From positions 1,303-65,302 of the forward strand of contig CAMZLM010000019.1 in the NCBI GenBank assembly GCA_947311485.1: a stretch of DNA of 64,000 nucleotides. Reading direction: 5' to 3'. The stretch's first letter is position 1; each line of letters starts with the position of its first letter. A program made the translations under genes and the position numbers. Positions 11,157 through 20,862 of this stretch are shown here, piece by piece. A model generated the notes under the pieces. That model had not been told where the DNA came from. It worked only from the letters and a program-made list of their open reading frames with translations, and made no database searches. This DNA comes from an uncultured Rhodobacteraceae bacterium. GTDB lineage: Bacteria > Pseudomonadota > Alphaproteobacteria > Rhodobacterales > Rhodobacteraceae.

Positions 11157-11668
11157 TGTGGGATATTCGGGACTTCACCCCGGAGGATGCGGCCAGTTGC
11201 GCACAGATATTCTATGACGCGGTGCACCTTGGCACCAAAGAATACTATTCCCCCCAACAACAAAATGCATGGGCCAGCCAGATCCCCGAAACCGGCAAAT
11301 GGTCCAAACGCTTGTTGGGGCAACAAACCCTTGTGGCCCACAAGGGCAAAAAAAGCGTCGGGTTTATGACACTGGCCTCCACCGGCTACATTGATCTGGC
11401 CTTTGTTGCCCCGCAATACACCGGACAGGGTGTTGGCCGATACCTCTATCAATCAATCGAACAGCGCGCCAGACAAGCACAACTGCCCCGTCTGCATACA
11501 CAAGCCAGCCGCGCCGCCAAACCGTTTTTCGAAAAGATGGGCTGGATCGTGTTGGCGGCCCAAATCATCAAACGTGGTTCAGTAGATTTGCAAAACTATC
11601 AAATGGAAAAGCAACTGCCCCCACATGATCCAACTGGAAACAACAATGTCCCGCATCATCCTGTTTAA
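11156..11668 (+). CDS. GNAT family N-acetyltransferase
   Basis: [17 protein letters not shown] acetyl-CoA motif, [14 protein letters not shown]. Confidence 0.85.
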   Translation: MWDIRDFTPEDAASCAQIFYDAVHLGTKEYYSPQQQNAWASQIPETGKWSKRLLGQQTLVAHKGKKSVGFMTLASTGYIDLAFVAPQYTGQGVGRYLYQSIEQRARQAQLPRLHTQASRAAKPFFEKMGWIVLAAQIIKRGSVDLQNYQMEKQLPPHDPTGNNNVPHHPV

Positions 11669-12194
11669 CAAACCCTTCAACGTCCTGTCGCAATTTACCG
11701 ACAAAGGCACGCTCGGCAGCAGTCGTAAAACCCTGTCGGAATTCATTGACGTGCCGGGTGTCTATACCGCCGGCCGGCTGGACAAGGACAGTGAGGGCCT
11801 GTTGGTTTTGACTGACAACGGCAAGCTGCAAAACAAGATCGCCAGCCCGCGTTTTCGCACTGCAAAAACCTATTGGGTTCAGGTAGAGGGCACCGCCACG
11901 GACAGCGAAATCAAGGCCCTGCGCCAAGGGGTGCAGCTCAAGGACGGGATCACCGCAGAGGCTACCGTTCAGGCCATAAACGAGCCGGCCAACCTCTGGC
12001 CCCGCACCCCGCCGGTACGGTTTCGAAAATCGGTGCCCGATTGCTGGCTGTCGATCACCATCACCGAAGGCCGCAACAGGCAAGTGCGCCGCATGACCGC
12101 CGCCGTGGGTCTGCCAACCCTGCGCCTGATCCGCTATTCGGTGGGGGACTGGACCATCGACGGCATTGAAAACGGCGCGTGGAAATCAGTCTAG
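11646..12194 (+). CDS. rluE: rRNA pseudouridine synthase (RluE-like)
   Basis: [18 protein letters not shown] (catalytic Asp), [10 protein letters not shown]. Confidence 0.85.
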   Translation: MSRIILFNKPFNVLSQFTDKGTLGSSRKTLSEFIDVPGVYTAGRLDKDSEGLLVLTDNGKLQNKIASPRFRTAKTYWVQVEGTATDSEIKALRQGVQLKDGITAEATVQAINEPANLWPRTPPVRFRKSVPDCWLSITITEGRNRQVRRMTAAVGLPTLRLIRYSVGDWTIDGIENGAWKSV

Positions 12195-12938
12195 ACTGAT
12201 TTCGGCCCCCTCGGCCTGCATCCCCGCCCCCGCGCGATCCAGCCGCAAATAGGCAATCGCCTGCCCGCCGGATTGCGTGAACAGCGTGCCCACCAATTTT
12301 CCATCGCGCTTGATATCTGACCCCACCGGCGCGCTGCCGGTGATGCTGACCACGCGCAGGCCTTTGCGCAGTTCGGTTTTATGTTTCATGCGCGCGGTGA
12401 CCTCTTGGCCCACATAACAACCCTTGCGGAAATCTACCCCGTCAAGGTTCTCAAAACCTGCCTCCAGTATGTAGGTGTTATCGGGGATCAGTTCGATTCC
12501 CGTTTCCGGAATGCAATGGACCACGCGGATTGCGTCCCAATCGATGGCGGACGCATCGGCGGGGGCGGCGTCATAGCTGCGCCAGCCCAGCGCCACATGG
12601 CGCGGGTCCATCTGTGCCTGCGCAGGGGCATTGTCCTGCCCACGATTGACGCAAATGTCGGTGGCGTCGATCTGCACATCCGCACGCAAGCGGTACATGG
12701 TCAACCGCTGTGCCAATGCTGCTGCACGATCCGATTTTACGTCCAGCAGGATGGCCCCGCCTTGTGACAGCAGGAAAAAATCAAACAGATACTTCCCCTG
12801 CGGTGTCAGCAGCGCCGCATAAATCATCCCCTGATCCAGCTTGCTCACGTCATTCGTCACCAGTCCTTGCAGAAAGCTATGTGCATCCGCACCGGTGATT
12901 TTCAATACGGCCCGGTCTGTAGCCTGTTCGCCAACCAT
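12186..12938 (-). CDS. ygfZ: Folate-binding Fe-S cluster/tRNA-modification protein YgfZ
   Basis: [24 protein letters not shown] signature. Confidence 0.92.
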   Translation of the reverse strand: MVGEQATDRAVLKITGADAHSFLQGLVTNDVSKLDQGMIYAALLTPQGKYLFDFFLLSQGGAILLDVKSDRAAALAQRLTMYRLRADVQIDATDICVNRGQDNAPAQAQMDPRHVALGWRSYDAAPADASAIDWDAIRVVHCIPETGIELIPDNTYILEAGFENLDGVDFRKGCYVGQEVTARMKHKTELRKGLRVVSITGSAPVGSDIKRDGKLVGTLFTQSGGQAIAYLRLDRAGAGMQAEGAEISLD

Positions 12939-13018
12939 GGTTTTCCCCTTAAAAAACTATCGCCCCAAGGGCGTTCATGGGATAAGTAGCGCAGAGCACC
13001 CATTCTGGCTAGGACAAC

Positions 13019-13708
13019 ATGCGCGCACCTGTTTCTGTCATCATCCCCACCCTGCACAGCCCGAACATCGGCCCCACTCTTGCCAGTGTCTTTGAAGCCG
13101 TCGAGGCAGGCTTGCTGGCCGAGGTCATCCTTGCCGATGGTGGCAGCGGCGATGCCATCACCACGCTGGCCGATGAAATCGGGGCCGAACTGGTGGTGAC
13201 AGACCCCGGCCGCGGCAAACAATTGCGCGCAGGGGCCGATCTGGCACAGGGGCAATGGCTGTTATTCCTGCACAGCGATACCGTTCTGTCCCCCGGCTGG
13301 ACCGAGGCCGCCCGCACCCACATGACCACCGGCAAAGCTGGTTATTTCCAGCTGCAATTCGACAGCACCGGTTTCGCCGCCGGTTTTGTCGCCGGCTGGG
13401 CCAATCTGCGCGCACGTCTGTTCGGGCTGCCTTATGGCGATCAGGGCCTGTTGCTGCCTGCCGCGCTCTATCGCAAAACCGGTGGCTATCCCGACATTCC
13501 GTTGCTGGAAGACGTGGCCATCGCCCGCGCCCTGCGGGGACAATTGCGCGCAATCAACGCCAGTGTGATCACCTCTGCTGCCCGCTATCAGCAACAGGGC
13601 TGGCTCGCGCGCGGGGCGCATAATCTGGGCACACTGGCGCTGTATTTTCTGGGTGTCGCACCGGAAAAACTGGCTAGGCGGTATCAGAGCCACCAAAAAA
13701 CCGGCTAA
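13019..13708 (+). CDS. Family 2 glycosyltransferase (TIGR04283-like)
   Basis: SVIIPT, ADGGSGD, FLHSDT, YGDQG, ED motifs. Confidence 0.85.
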   Translation: MRAPVSVIIPTLHSPNIGPTLASVFEAVEAGLLAEVILADGGSGDAITTLADEIGAELVVTDPGRGKQLRAGADLAQGQWLLFLHSDTVLSPGWTEAARTHMTTGKAGYFQLQFDSTGFAAGFVAGWANLRARLFGLPYGDQGLLLPAALYRKTGGYPDIPLLEDVAIARALRGQLRAINASVITSAARYQQQGWLARGAHNLGTLALYFLGVAPEKLARRYQSHQKTG

Positions 13709-15536
13709 TCCGTTCCATCATGCCGCGTTTGCGGCGCGGGCTGGAAAACGACTTGCTGTTGCGGCGTTTGCCATTGGACGGGGACAAATCGAATTGCAGT
13801 GAAAACAGCTCCGCATAAATGCCGTCGTGTTCCAGCAATTCATCATGCGTCCCCTGATCCACAATCCGCCCCTGATCCATCACCACAATCTGATCCGCAT
13901 CCAGAATGGTTGCCAACCGGTGCGCGATCACCAGCGTGGTGCGGCCCTCGGACAAATCATCCAGCGCCGCGCGAATGGTGTTTTCCGATTCCGCATCCAG
14001 TGCCGAGGTCGGTTCGTCCAACAACAAAATCGGCGCATCACGCAAGATCGCACGGGCAATCGACAGGCGCTGCCGCTCGCCACCGGAAAACGCATGTTTC
14101 GCCGGATCAATCGGTGTATCATAGCCCTGTGGCAGCTTTTCAATAAACTCATGCGCCGCCGCCGCCTTGGCCGCCGCAATAATCGCATCGCGGTCAGCGG
14201 ATTTGCGGCCAAAACCGATGTTTTCAAGAACGGTTCCGGTCAGCAAAACCGACTCCTGCCCCACCACTGAAATCTGGTTGCGCAAGCAAGAAAGAGTCAT
14301 GTCGTTGATATTGCGCCCGTCAATTTTCACCTGCCCGCTGGTCGCGTCGAATAAACGCGGCAGCAGGTTGAAAACCGTGGATTTCCCCGCCCCCGAACGC
14401 CCGACAAAAGCAAAGGTTTTGCCCGTGGGAATTGTCAGATTGATTTCGTGTAACGCCTGATGGCCATCCGGATAGGTAAAGCCCACGTCCTCAAACGAAA
14501 TATCGCCTTTGGCTTTCTCGCCCTCGGGAAAACTGAAATCCCCGTCATTGATGGTGTTTTCCACATCGAACAATTCGTAAACTCGTTCAAGCGCCGCCAT
14601 CCCCTGCAACCCGATCGCATAGGCCCCTGCCATTTTACGCGCCGGATTGGTGGCCACGCCCAGCGCAGAAATCAATCCGATAAATCCGGCCAGATCAATC
14701 GCCCCGCTGGATATCCGCCAGGACACCAGAAACAGCAGAATAGCAATCGACAGCCCCGCCAGAATTTCCACCATCGGCGTGACCATTGCCTGCCATTTAA
14801 TCAGCGAAATCCGCAGCCCCAGCAGCCGGTCAAACACCGCATCCGAAGACCGGCGCACCCAGTCTTCCAGCTGATAGGTCCGTACAATGCGAATACCGCT
14901 CAGGCCTTCGTTTACGGCCTCGGTCATATGGGCGATTTCTTTCTGGGTGTTGGTTGACAGTTTGCGTACCTTGGCTCCGGTCAGACCAATCGGCCCGAAA
15001 GCCAGCGCAAAAACTCCCAACAGGGTCAGTGCCATCACCCAGTCAATCGACAGCACCACCCCGATCACCGCCACCAGCGTCAGCACGGAGCGCACAGAGC
15101 CGAAAACATGGGTTGTGGCATTGCGGATCAATTCGATATCCGCCGAAAACCGCGTCGCCAAAGAGGCCGGAGATTCCGCCAGCAAATGCGCCAGATCCAT
15201 ATTGATCAGCCGCTTGAACATCAGCTTTTGCATATCTGCCTGAACCGTGGACAGGACCCGATTCTGCACCCGCTGGTTGGCATAGCTGGCCAGCGCACGC
15301 GTCATGGTCAGGGCGATAATCCCCAAAGGCCCCCACCAGATCACCCCACTGTCGGGTTGATCCAGCCCGGCAATCACCCATTCCATAAATTTCGCATAGC
15401 CCGCACTGGCAAAGGCCACGAGGGCCATCAACAGCATGGACAGCAGCATCTTGCCCCAGTGGGGCTTGAGCCAATCCCGCCACAAACGCCCATAGGCCGC
15501 CCGCGCGCTCATTTGTTTCGCTTGTGGTTTACTCAT
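13674..15536 (-). CDS. ABC exporter, fused TM + ATPase (MsbA-like)
   Basis: Multiple TM helices, GRSGAGKST, FSGGERQR, LLLDE, IAHRL. Confidence 0.92.
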   Translation of the reverse strand: MSKPQAKQMSARAAYGRLWRDWLKPHWGKMLLSMLLMALVAFASAGYAKFMEWVIAGLDQPDSGVIWWGPLGIIALTMTRALASYANQRVQNRVLSTVQADMQKLMFKRLINMDLAHLLAESPASLATRFSADIELIRNATTHVFGSVRSVLTLVAVIGVVLSIDWVMALTLLGVFALAFGPIGLTGAKVRKLSTNTQKEIAHMTEAVNEGLSGIRIVRTYQLEDWVRRSSDAVFDRLLGLRISLIKWQAMVTPMVEILAGLSIAILLFLVSWRISSGAIDLAGFIGLISALGVATNPARKMAGAYAIGLQGMAALERVYELFDVENTINDGDFSFPEGEKAKGDISFEDVGFTYPDGHQALHEINLTIPTGKTFAFVGRSGAGKSTVFNLLPRLFDATSGQVKIDGRNINDMTLSCLRNQISVVGQESVLLTGTVLENIGFGRKSADRDAIIAAAKAAAAHEFIEKLPQGYDTPIDPAKHAFSGGERQRLSIARAILRDAPILLLDEPTSALDAESENTIRAALDDLSEGRTTLVIAHRLATILDADQIVVMDQGRIVDQGTHDELLEHDGIYAELFSLQFDLSPSNGKRRNSKSFSSPRRKRGMMERISRFFGGSDTA

Positions 15537-15665
15537 CGGTCCCGCATTCCAATTCCGGCCTGTCTTTTAGCATGCCATACACGGATGTCCAACGCGCATA
15601 CGAAAAGTTTTGACGCCTGCCGATTTCACCGTTAGCAGTAAGAAACATCAAACACGGTATTCTTT

Positions 15666-16868
15666 ATGGCACTTAATTTCGGACGTCCCCAGCTCTCTAT
15701 TCCCGGCCCTTCCATCCTCCCCGATCGGGTGTTGGCCGCAATGCATCGCCCTTCGCCCAATATCTATGAAGGCGAAGCGGTTGAAAGCGCAAAAACCATT
15801 TTTCCGGACCTGAAAAAAGTGGCCCGCACCAAAGGGCAAGGCGTTATTTATATATCCAATGGCCATGGTGCCTGGGAGGCCGCGCTTGCCAATTGTTTTT
15901 CCAAAGGCGACAAAATTCTGGTGCTGGGTACCGGTATTTTCGGGCATGGCTGGGCGGATTTGGCCCGCGCCATGGGGCTTGATGTAGAGGTACTGGATTT
16001 CGGCCCAGCCAGCGCGGCAGACCCGCAGGTTGTGGCCGGGCGTCTGAAGCAGGATGTGAATTTTGATATTCAGGCGGTGCTGACGGTTCAAACCGATACC
16101 GGATCCTCGGTGCAAAACGATATCCCTGCCCTGCGCCAAGCCATTGACGATAGCAGCCATCCGGCACTGTTTATGGTGGACTGCATCGCATCATTGGGGT
16201 GTGAACGGTTTGAAATGGACGACTGGGGCGTGGATGTAATGGTTTCCGGTAGCCAAAAAGGCCTGATGGTGCCCGCCGGTCTGGGGTTTGTGTTTTTCAC
16301 CGATCGCGCTGCGCTGGCACGGAAATCCGCAAATCTGGTAACCCGCTATTGGGACTGGATCCCGCGCGCCCACCCCAAGCGGTTTTATGAACGTTTCGCC
16401 GGCACCCAGCCAACCCAGCATTTGTTTGCCCTGCGCGAGGCGCTGGATATGCTGGTATATGAAGAAGGCATTGAAAATGCCTGGGCGCGCCATGATACCT
16501 TTGCCCGCGCGCTCTGGACGGCGGTTGATGTTTGGGGACCAGAGGCCCTGCGCCCCAACATTATCAATCCGGCCGAACGCTCCCGTGCCGTTACCACCCT
16601 GATCAGCGAAGCCGACAATGCTGCGCGTTTGCGCAAGTGGTGTCAGGAAAAAGGCGGGTTGACGCTGGGGATCGGATTGGGCCAAGAGGCCGATGGCTGG
16701 CCCCCTGCCGATGCCCTGCTGCGGGTTGGCCACATGGGACATTTGAACATCCCGATGATGATGGGCACCATCGGCACCATGGATGCGGGGCTAAAGGCCT
16801 TGGGGATTCCCCATGGCAGCGGGGCCATAGAGGCCGCCGCCAAGGTGATTTCAGAGCATAATTTCTAG
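15666..16868 (+). CDS. Class V PLP aminotransferase (serine/alanine-glyoxylate type)
   Basis: IPGPS, VDCIASLG, SGSQKGLM (PLP Lys), LRVGHMG. Confidence 0.88.
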   Translation: MALNFGRPQLSIPGPSILPDRVLAAMHRPSPNIYEGEAVESAKTIFPDLKKVARTKGQGVIYISNGHGAWEAALANCFSKGDKILVLGTGIFGHGWADLARAMGLDVEVLDFGPASAADPQVVAGRLKQDVNFDIQAVLTVQTDTGSSVQNDIPALRQAIDDSSHPALFMVDCIASLGCERFEMDDWGVDVMVSGSQKGLMVPAGLGFVFFTDRAALARKSANLVTRYWDWIPRAHPKRFYERFAGTQPTQHLFALREALDMLVYEEGIENAWARHDTFARALWTAVDVWGPEALRPNIINPAERSRAVTTLISEADNAARLRKWCQEKGGLTLGIGLGQEADGWPPADALLRVGHMGHLNIPMMMGTIGTMDAGLKALGIPHGSGAIEAAAKVISEHNF

Positions 16869-17312
16869 GGACCGGTCAAAGAAAACCTCTTGCAGGTTTT
16901 CCCCCGGCCCCATGCGGTCCACCACCAGAAAATTCTGCGCCTGTTCCAGCACCAGCAACGGATGATGCCAAACGCCGGTACGGTATTGCAGCCCCTGATG
17001 CCCCTTGCACAGGAACGCCCGACAGGCCGCCGGTTCAGGCGTTTCGGCCACCACAGCCAGCCAGTCATGCCCGTTCAGCGGCATAAACGCTTGTGACCCC
17101 TTGGGATGACATTCCAACATCGCAACAGTCAACGCGCGGGGGCGTCCCTCGAAGATCGACAGGATCACATCGGCGTCGGTTTCAACCTGTGCCAGCGCGT
17201 GATGGCGGGTGGTGAAACCGTCGTTAATGTCAAAAAATTCGCCCGCGCCGGCCTCGATCACATCCCCGAAAGGCGCAAATGCGGCGGCTGTCAGCGGTTC
17301 CACCCGTATCAT
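16851..17312 (-). CDS. allA: Ureidoglycolate lyase
   Basis: EPLTAAAFAPFGDVIE, LECHPKGSQAF, GVWHHPL; start placed at ATG 17312. Confidence 0.88.
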   Translation of the reverse strand: MIRVEPLTAAAFAPFGDVIEAGAGEFFDINDGFTTRHHALAQVETDADVILSIFEGRPRALTVAMLECHPKGSQAFMPLNGHDWLAVVAETPEPAACRAFLCKGHQGLQYRTGVWHHPLLVLEQAQNFLVVDRMGPGENLQEVFFDRSLEIML

Positions 17313-18124
17313 AGGGTCAGATCCACATGGCGGTTTACGTCCTTGTACAACAGATAGCGAAACCGCCCTTCCTCGACCCAGCAGGCCTGTGGGCAAAAGG
17401 CGCGCAACCACATGAAATCACCCGGCTTCACCCCGACCCAATCGGTGTTCAGCAGATAATCCGCCCGCCCCTCCAACACATACAAGCCGTGTTCCATCAC
17501 GTGGGTTTCCGGAAAGGGGATCATGCTTTTACCTTGAAATGTAACAATATTGACGTGCATATCATGGCGCATATCCGTGGGGTCCACGAACCGCGTGGTC
17601 GACCATTTCGGCGTGTCCGGCATCGGGGTTGGCGGCACATCCGTATCCGATGTAATCAACACGTCCGGCTCCGACATTCCCGGAACCGACTGATACCGCT
17701 TGCGAATCCAGTGAAATGTCACCGTGTTATCGGTCGGGTTGTGTACTTTCCACTGTGCAGAGGGTGGCAGGTAGGCATAGCCCCCTTCGGCCAAGACATG
17801 ATCGCGACCCTCCACAGTCAGCACCAGAACACCGGACACAACAAACAGGACCGCCTCTGCCCCCGCATCCGGTTCAGGTGCATCACTGCCCCCGTTTGGC
17901 GCGATTTCCATAATGTACTGGGCAAAGGTCTCGGCAAATCCCGACAAAGGCCGCGCAATAATCCAGCCCCGGGTGTTCACCCAACCGGGAAACAGGCTGG
18001 TGACAATATCGGTCATCACTTCATGCGGCATAAAGGCATAGGCATCGGTAAAAACCGCCTGACGCCCCACCATTTCACCCTGCGGTGGAAGGCCGCCAAC
18101 AGGGACCGGATATGTATAGTTCAT
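17309..18124 (-). CDS. allE: (S)-ureidoglycine aminohydrolase (bicupin)
   Basis: DIVTS, ETHVMEHGLYVLEG, MWLRAFCPQAC, RYLLYKDVNRH. Confidence 0.9.
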   Translation of the reverse strand: MNYTYPVPVGGLPPQGEMVGRQAVFTDAYAFMPHEVMTDIVTSLFPGWVNTRGWIIARPLSGFAETFAQYIMEIAPNGGSDAPEPDAGAEAVLFVVSGVLVLTVEGRDHVLAEGGYAYLPPSAQWKVHNPTDNTVTFHWIRKRYQSVPGMSEPDVLITSDTDVPPTPMPDTPKWSTTRFVDPTDMRHDMHVNIVTFQGKSMIPFPETHVMEHGLYVLEGRADYLLNTDWVGVKPGDFMWLRAFCPQACWVEEGRFRYLLYKDVNRHVDLTL

Positions 18125-18271
18125 GTTTTGTTACCTTGTCTTTGCACCTGCAACCAGAATTGCACCCTTGGCCTTGGTTGTCTAAAATACACAGTAGTCA
18201 GGTCTTAGCTATTTTATCCGCTTACGTAAAGCCGCACCACGCCCCCGACGATTCGCCTGTTATTCGCAGGT

Positions 18272-18287
18272 CGCAAAACGGGTGCCA
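18272..18287 (-). promoter_or_regulatory. Sigma54 (-24/-12) promoter upstream of allE-allA
   Basis: Minus strand reads TGGCAC-CCGTT-TTGC, an exact match to TGGCAC-N5-TTGC, oriented toward allE. Confidence 0.75.
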
Positions 18288-18661
18288 CATTTTCGCCATA
18301 TTTTGGTAGCAATTCATGCACAATCCTGCCTCATTGTGAACGACTATTTCTCTCGGCGAAACTATATATGCAAATATACTTATTTTCTTGCATTTTAACT
18401 AATTTGGACCATAACTGCCCGTGTAAGCGTTTAATATCGAGTGTTCCCAAGGAATGGGAAGTGTAAAAAGTAACCTGCGTTTCAGGGACATTTACAGTAT
18501 TTGCTGCCATACAGATTCTGGCGAAGTACGCCGAGCAATGTTCCCTGAACCTAACGCTTCTACAGGTCTGTTGGCGGTGGTTGCAATCCTTGCTGCTATC
18601 TTATTTGTTCAGGCGCATCGCCGCCACCAGACCATAATAAAACGCGGTAATTCCGGCAGCG

Positions 18662-19549
18662 TTAAGCGGTGGAACTCGGATGCTCCTGCCGCCAATGGCG
18701 GGCGATATCCAGACGCGTGCTCACCCAGACATCGTCAAACCCGGCCACATAATCCAAAAACCGCCCCAACGCCGCCGCGCGCCCCGGCCGCCCCACCAAT
18801 CGGCAATGCAGCCCTACCGACATCATCCGCCCGCCCTCGCTGCGCAGCACATCCAGACTGTCACGTAGATAGGTTTCGAACTGATCACCGGAATTAAACC
18901 CCTGCGGCGTGGCAAAACGCATGTCGTTGGCGTCCAGCGTATAGGGTACGATCAACTGGCCGTTTTCATAATAAGGCAATTCATCCGCATAGCTGTCTGC
19001 CGAGTATTCAAACCCCAGTTCAGCACAGATATCGCGGGTATTCAACGATGTACGTCCCTGATAAATCCCTGCCGGACGGGTGCCGGTGACCTCGGTGTGA
19101 ATGGCCATGGCCTTTTTCAGATCGGCCCTTTCATCCGCATAGGAATAATCCTTGTAATCAATCCATTTCAAACCGTGGCTGGCAATTTCCCATTCCGCCG
19201 ATTTCATCGCCTGCACCGCATCCGGATTACGTTCCAGCGCGGTTGCCACACCAAAAACTGTCACCGGCATATTGCGCGCGGTAAACATCCGGTGCAGCCG
19301 CCAGAAGCCAGCCCGCGAACCGTATTCATAGATCGATTCCATATTCATGTGTCGCTGGCCAGGCCATGCCGCCGCGCCGACGATCTCCGATAAAAAAGCC
19401 TCGGATGCGGCGTCCCCGTGCAGGATGCAGTTCTCGCCGCCTTCTTCGTAATTTACCACGAAATTTAGCGCCACTTTAGCCCTGTTTGGCCAGTTTGCGG
19501 CGGGCGGGTTGGCCCCGTAACCGATCATATCGCGCGGATAGTCAGACAT
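18662..19549 (-). CDS. puuE: Allantoinase PuuE (polysaccharide-deacetylase fold)
   Basis: YPRDMIGYG, NFVVNYEEGGE, ESIYEYGSRAGFWR, MSVGLHCRLVGRPGR. Confidence 0.93.
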   Translation of the reverse strand: MSDYPRDMIGYGANPPAANWPNRAKVALNFVVNYEEGGENCILHGDAASEAFLSEIVGAAAWPGQRHMNMESIYEYGSRAGFWRLHRMFTARNMPVTVFGVATALERNPDAVQAMKSAEWEIASHGLKWIDYKDYSYADERADLKKAMAIHTEVTGTRPAGIYQGRTSLNTRDICAELGFEYSADSYADELPYYENGQLIVPYTLDANDMRFATPQGFNSGDQFETYLRDSLDVLRSEGGRMMSVGLHCRLVGRPGRAAALGRFLDYVAGFDDVWVSTRLDIARHWRQEHPSSTA

Positions 19550-20642
19550 CTGCGGCCTCCAGTGCCAATGGAAAGTATAGCTCGAACATGTCCAGATCGG
19601 ATTTCGCCCCGACCGACAGACGGATACAGCGGTTTTGCGGCACGCTGAATGGCATACGCACAAAAATGCCGTTATCCACCAGATGCGTCAGCACCCGTTT
19701 GGCATAATCCGCATCGCGCCCGCAATCGATTGCCACGAAATTGGTGGCCGACGACACCACCGACAGGCCCTGCCCCTCGGCAATCTGTGCGATCCGCGCA
19801 CGGCCCTGTTCCACCAACGACACCACCTCGCGCAGATACCGCTGATCCTTGAGCGCCGCCAACGCGCCGGCCTGCGCAATCCGCGACACGCCGAAATGGT
19901 TGCGCAGCTTGTCAAAACTCCTGATCAGATCCGGTGCCGCGACCGCATATCCGATCCGTGCGCCCGCCATGCCATAAGCCTTTGAAAAAGTGCGGAAACG
20001 GATCACGTTCGGGTTGTCTGCCTGCATCTGCGGCGCGGTATCCTTGGGCGCGAATTCCAGATAGGCCTCGTCCAGCACCAGCAAGCAATCCGCCGGTACC
20101 GCATCAATCATTCGCTGGATCACCTCGGCGCTATGCACCGTGCCCATGGGGTTGTCGGGGTTGGCGATATAAACCATGCGCGCGCCGACCTCTGCCGCTT
20201 TGGCAATCAACGCGTCGGGGTCTTCGTGATCATCCTTGAACGGCACAGTGACAATCTCTCCACCGCACCCGTTAACATGGTAATTAAATGTCGGATAGCC
20301 ACCGGCAGAGGTCACAACCTTTACGCCCGGCTCCACGAGCAACCGCGCCAGATAGCCAAGCAACCCGTCGATGCCTTCGCCTACCACGATGTTTTCCATA
20401 TCCACCCGCAAATGCACGGCCAGCGCGTGGCGCAGGTCGAAATTTTCCGGATCGCCGTATTTCCAACACTCGGCGGCGGCCTGCGCCATCGCCTGAATGG
20501 CAATCGGGGACGGGCCGAACACGTTTTCATTGGCCCCGAGCCGCGCCACAAATCCGCGACCAGAGGCGCGTTCCTGCGTTTCAGGGCCGACAAAAGGCAC
20601 GGTCGCAGATAGGGAATTAACAAGATCGGTATAGATGGGCAT
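19542..20642 (-). CDS. Class I/II PLP aminotransferase (HisC-like)
   Basis: LGANEN, NPDNPMG, LDEAY, RTFSKAYGMAGARIG. Confidence 0.85.
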   Translation of the reverse strand: MPIYTDLVNSLSATVPFVGPETQERASGRGFVARLGANENVFGPSPIAIQAMAQAAAECWKYGDPENFDLRHALAVHLRVDMENIVVGEGIDGLLGYLARLLVEPGVKVVTSAGGYPTFNYHVNGCGGEIVTVPFKDDHEDPDALIAKAAEVGARMVYIANPDNPMGTVHSAEVIQRMIDAVPADCLLVLDEAYLEFAPKDTAPQMQADNPNVIRFRTFSKAYGMAGARIGYAVAAPDLIRSFDKLRNHFGVSRIAQAGALAALKDQRYLREVVSLVEQGRARIAQIAEGQGLSVVSSATNFVAIDCGRDADYAKRVLTHLVDNGIFVRMPFSVPQNRCIRLSVGAKSDLDMFELYFPLALEAADV

Positions 20643-20862
20643 AGGATATCCGGTATTTAAGTTTGGATACACCCAATGCTATTTCCCCCTGTTTTTCAAG
20701 CTATAAATACCCACGCATCTTAAAGCATTTCGCGTTTCACTTGAAGCATCATCCATCACCTAACGCGTTGAAATATATGATTTCAGACAGCTTTTGATGA
20801 TTCTGGTTTAACGCGAATTGCTATGGTATTTCCCACTCCGGTGACGGTCCATCGCAGCTTGT

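Noticed and set aside
18454-18897. 147-aa plus-strand ORF with a short hydrophobic stretch
   Set aside because: Overlaps the puuE 3' end by over 200 nt in antisense, with no recognisable family or RBS; not supportable as a gene.
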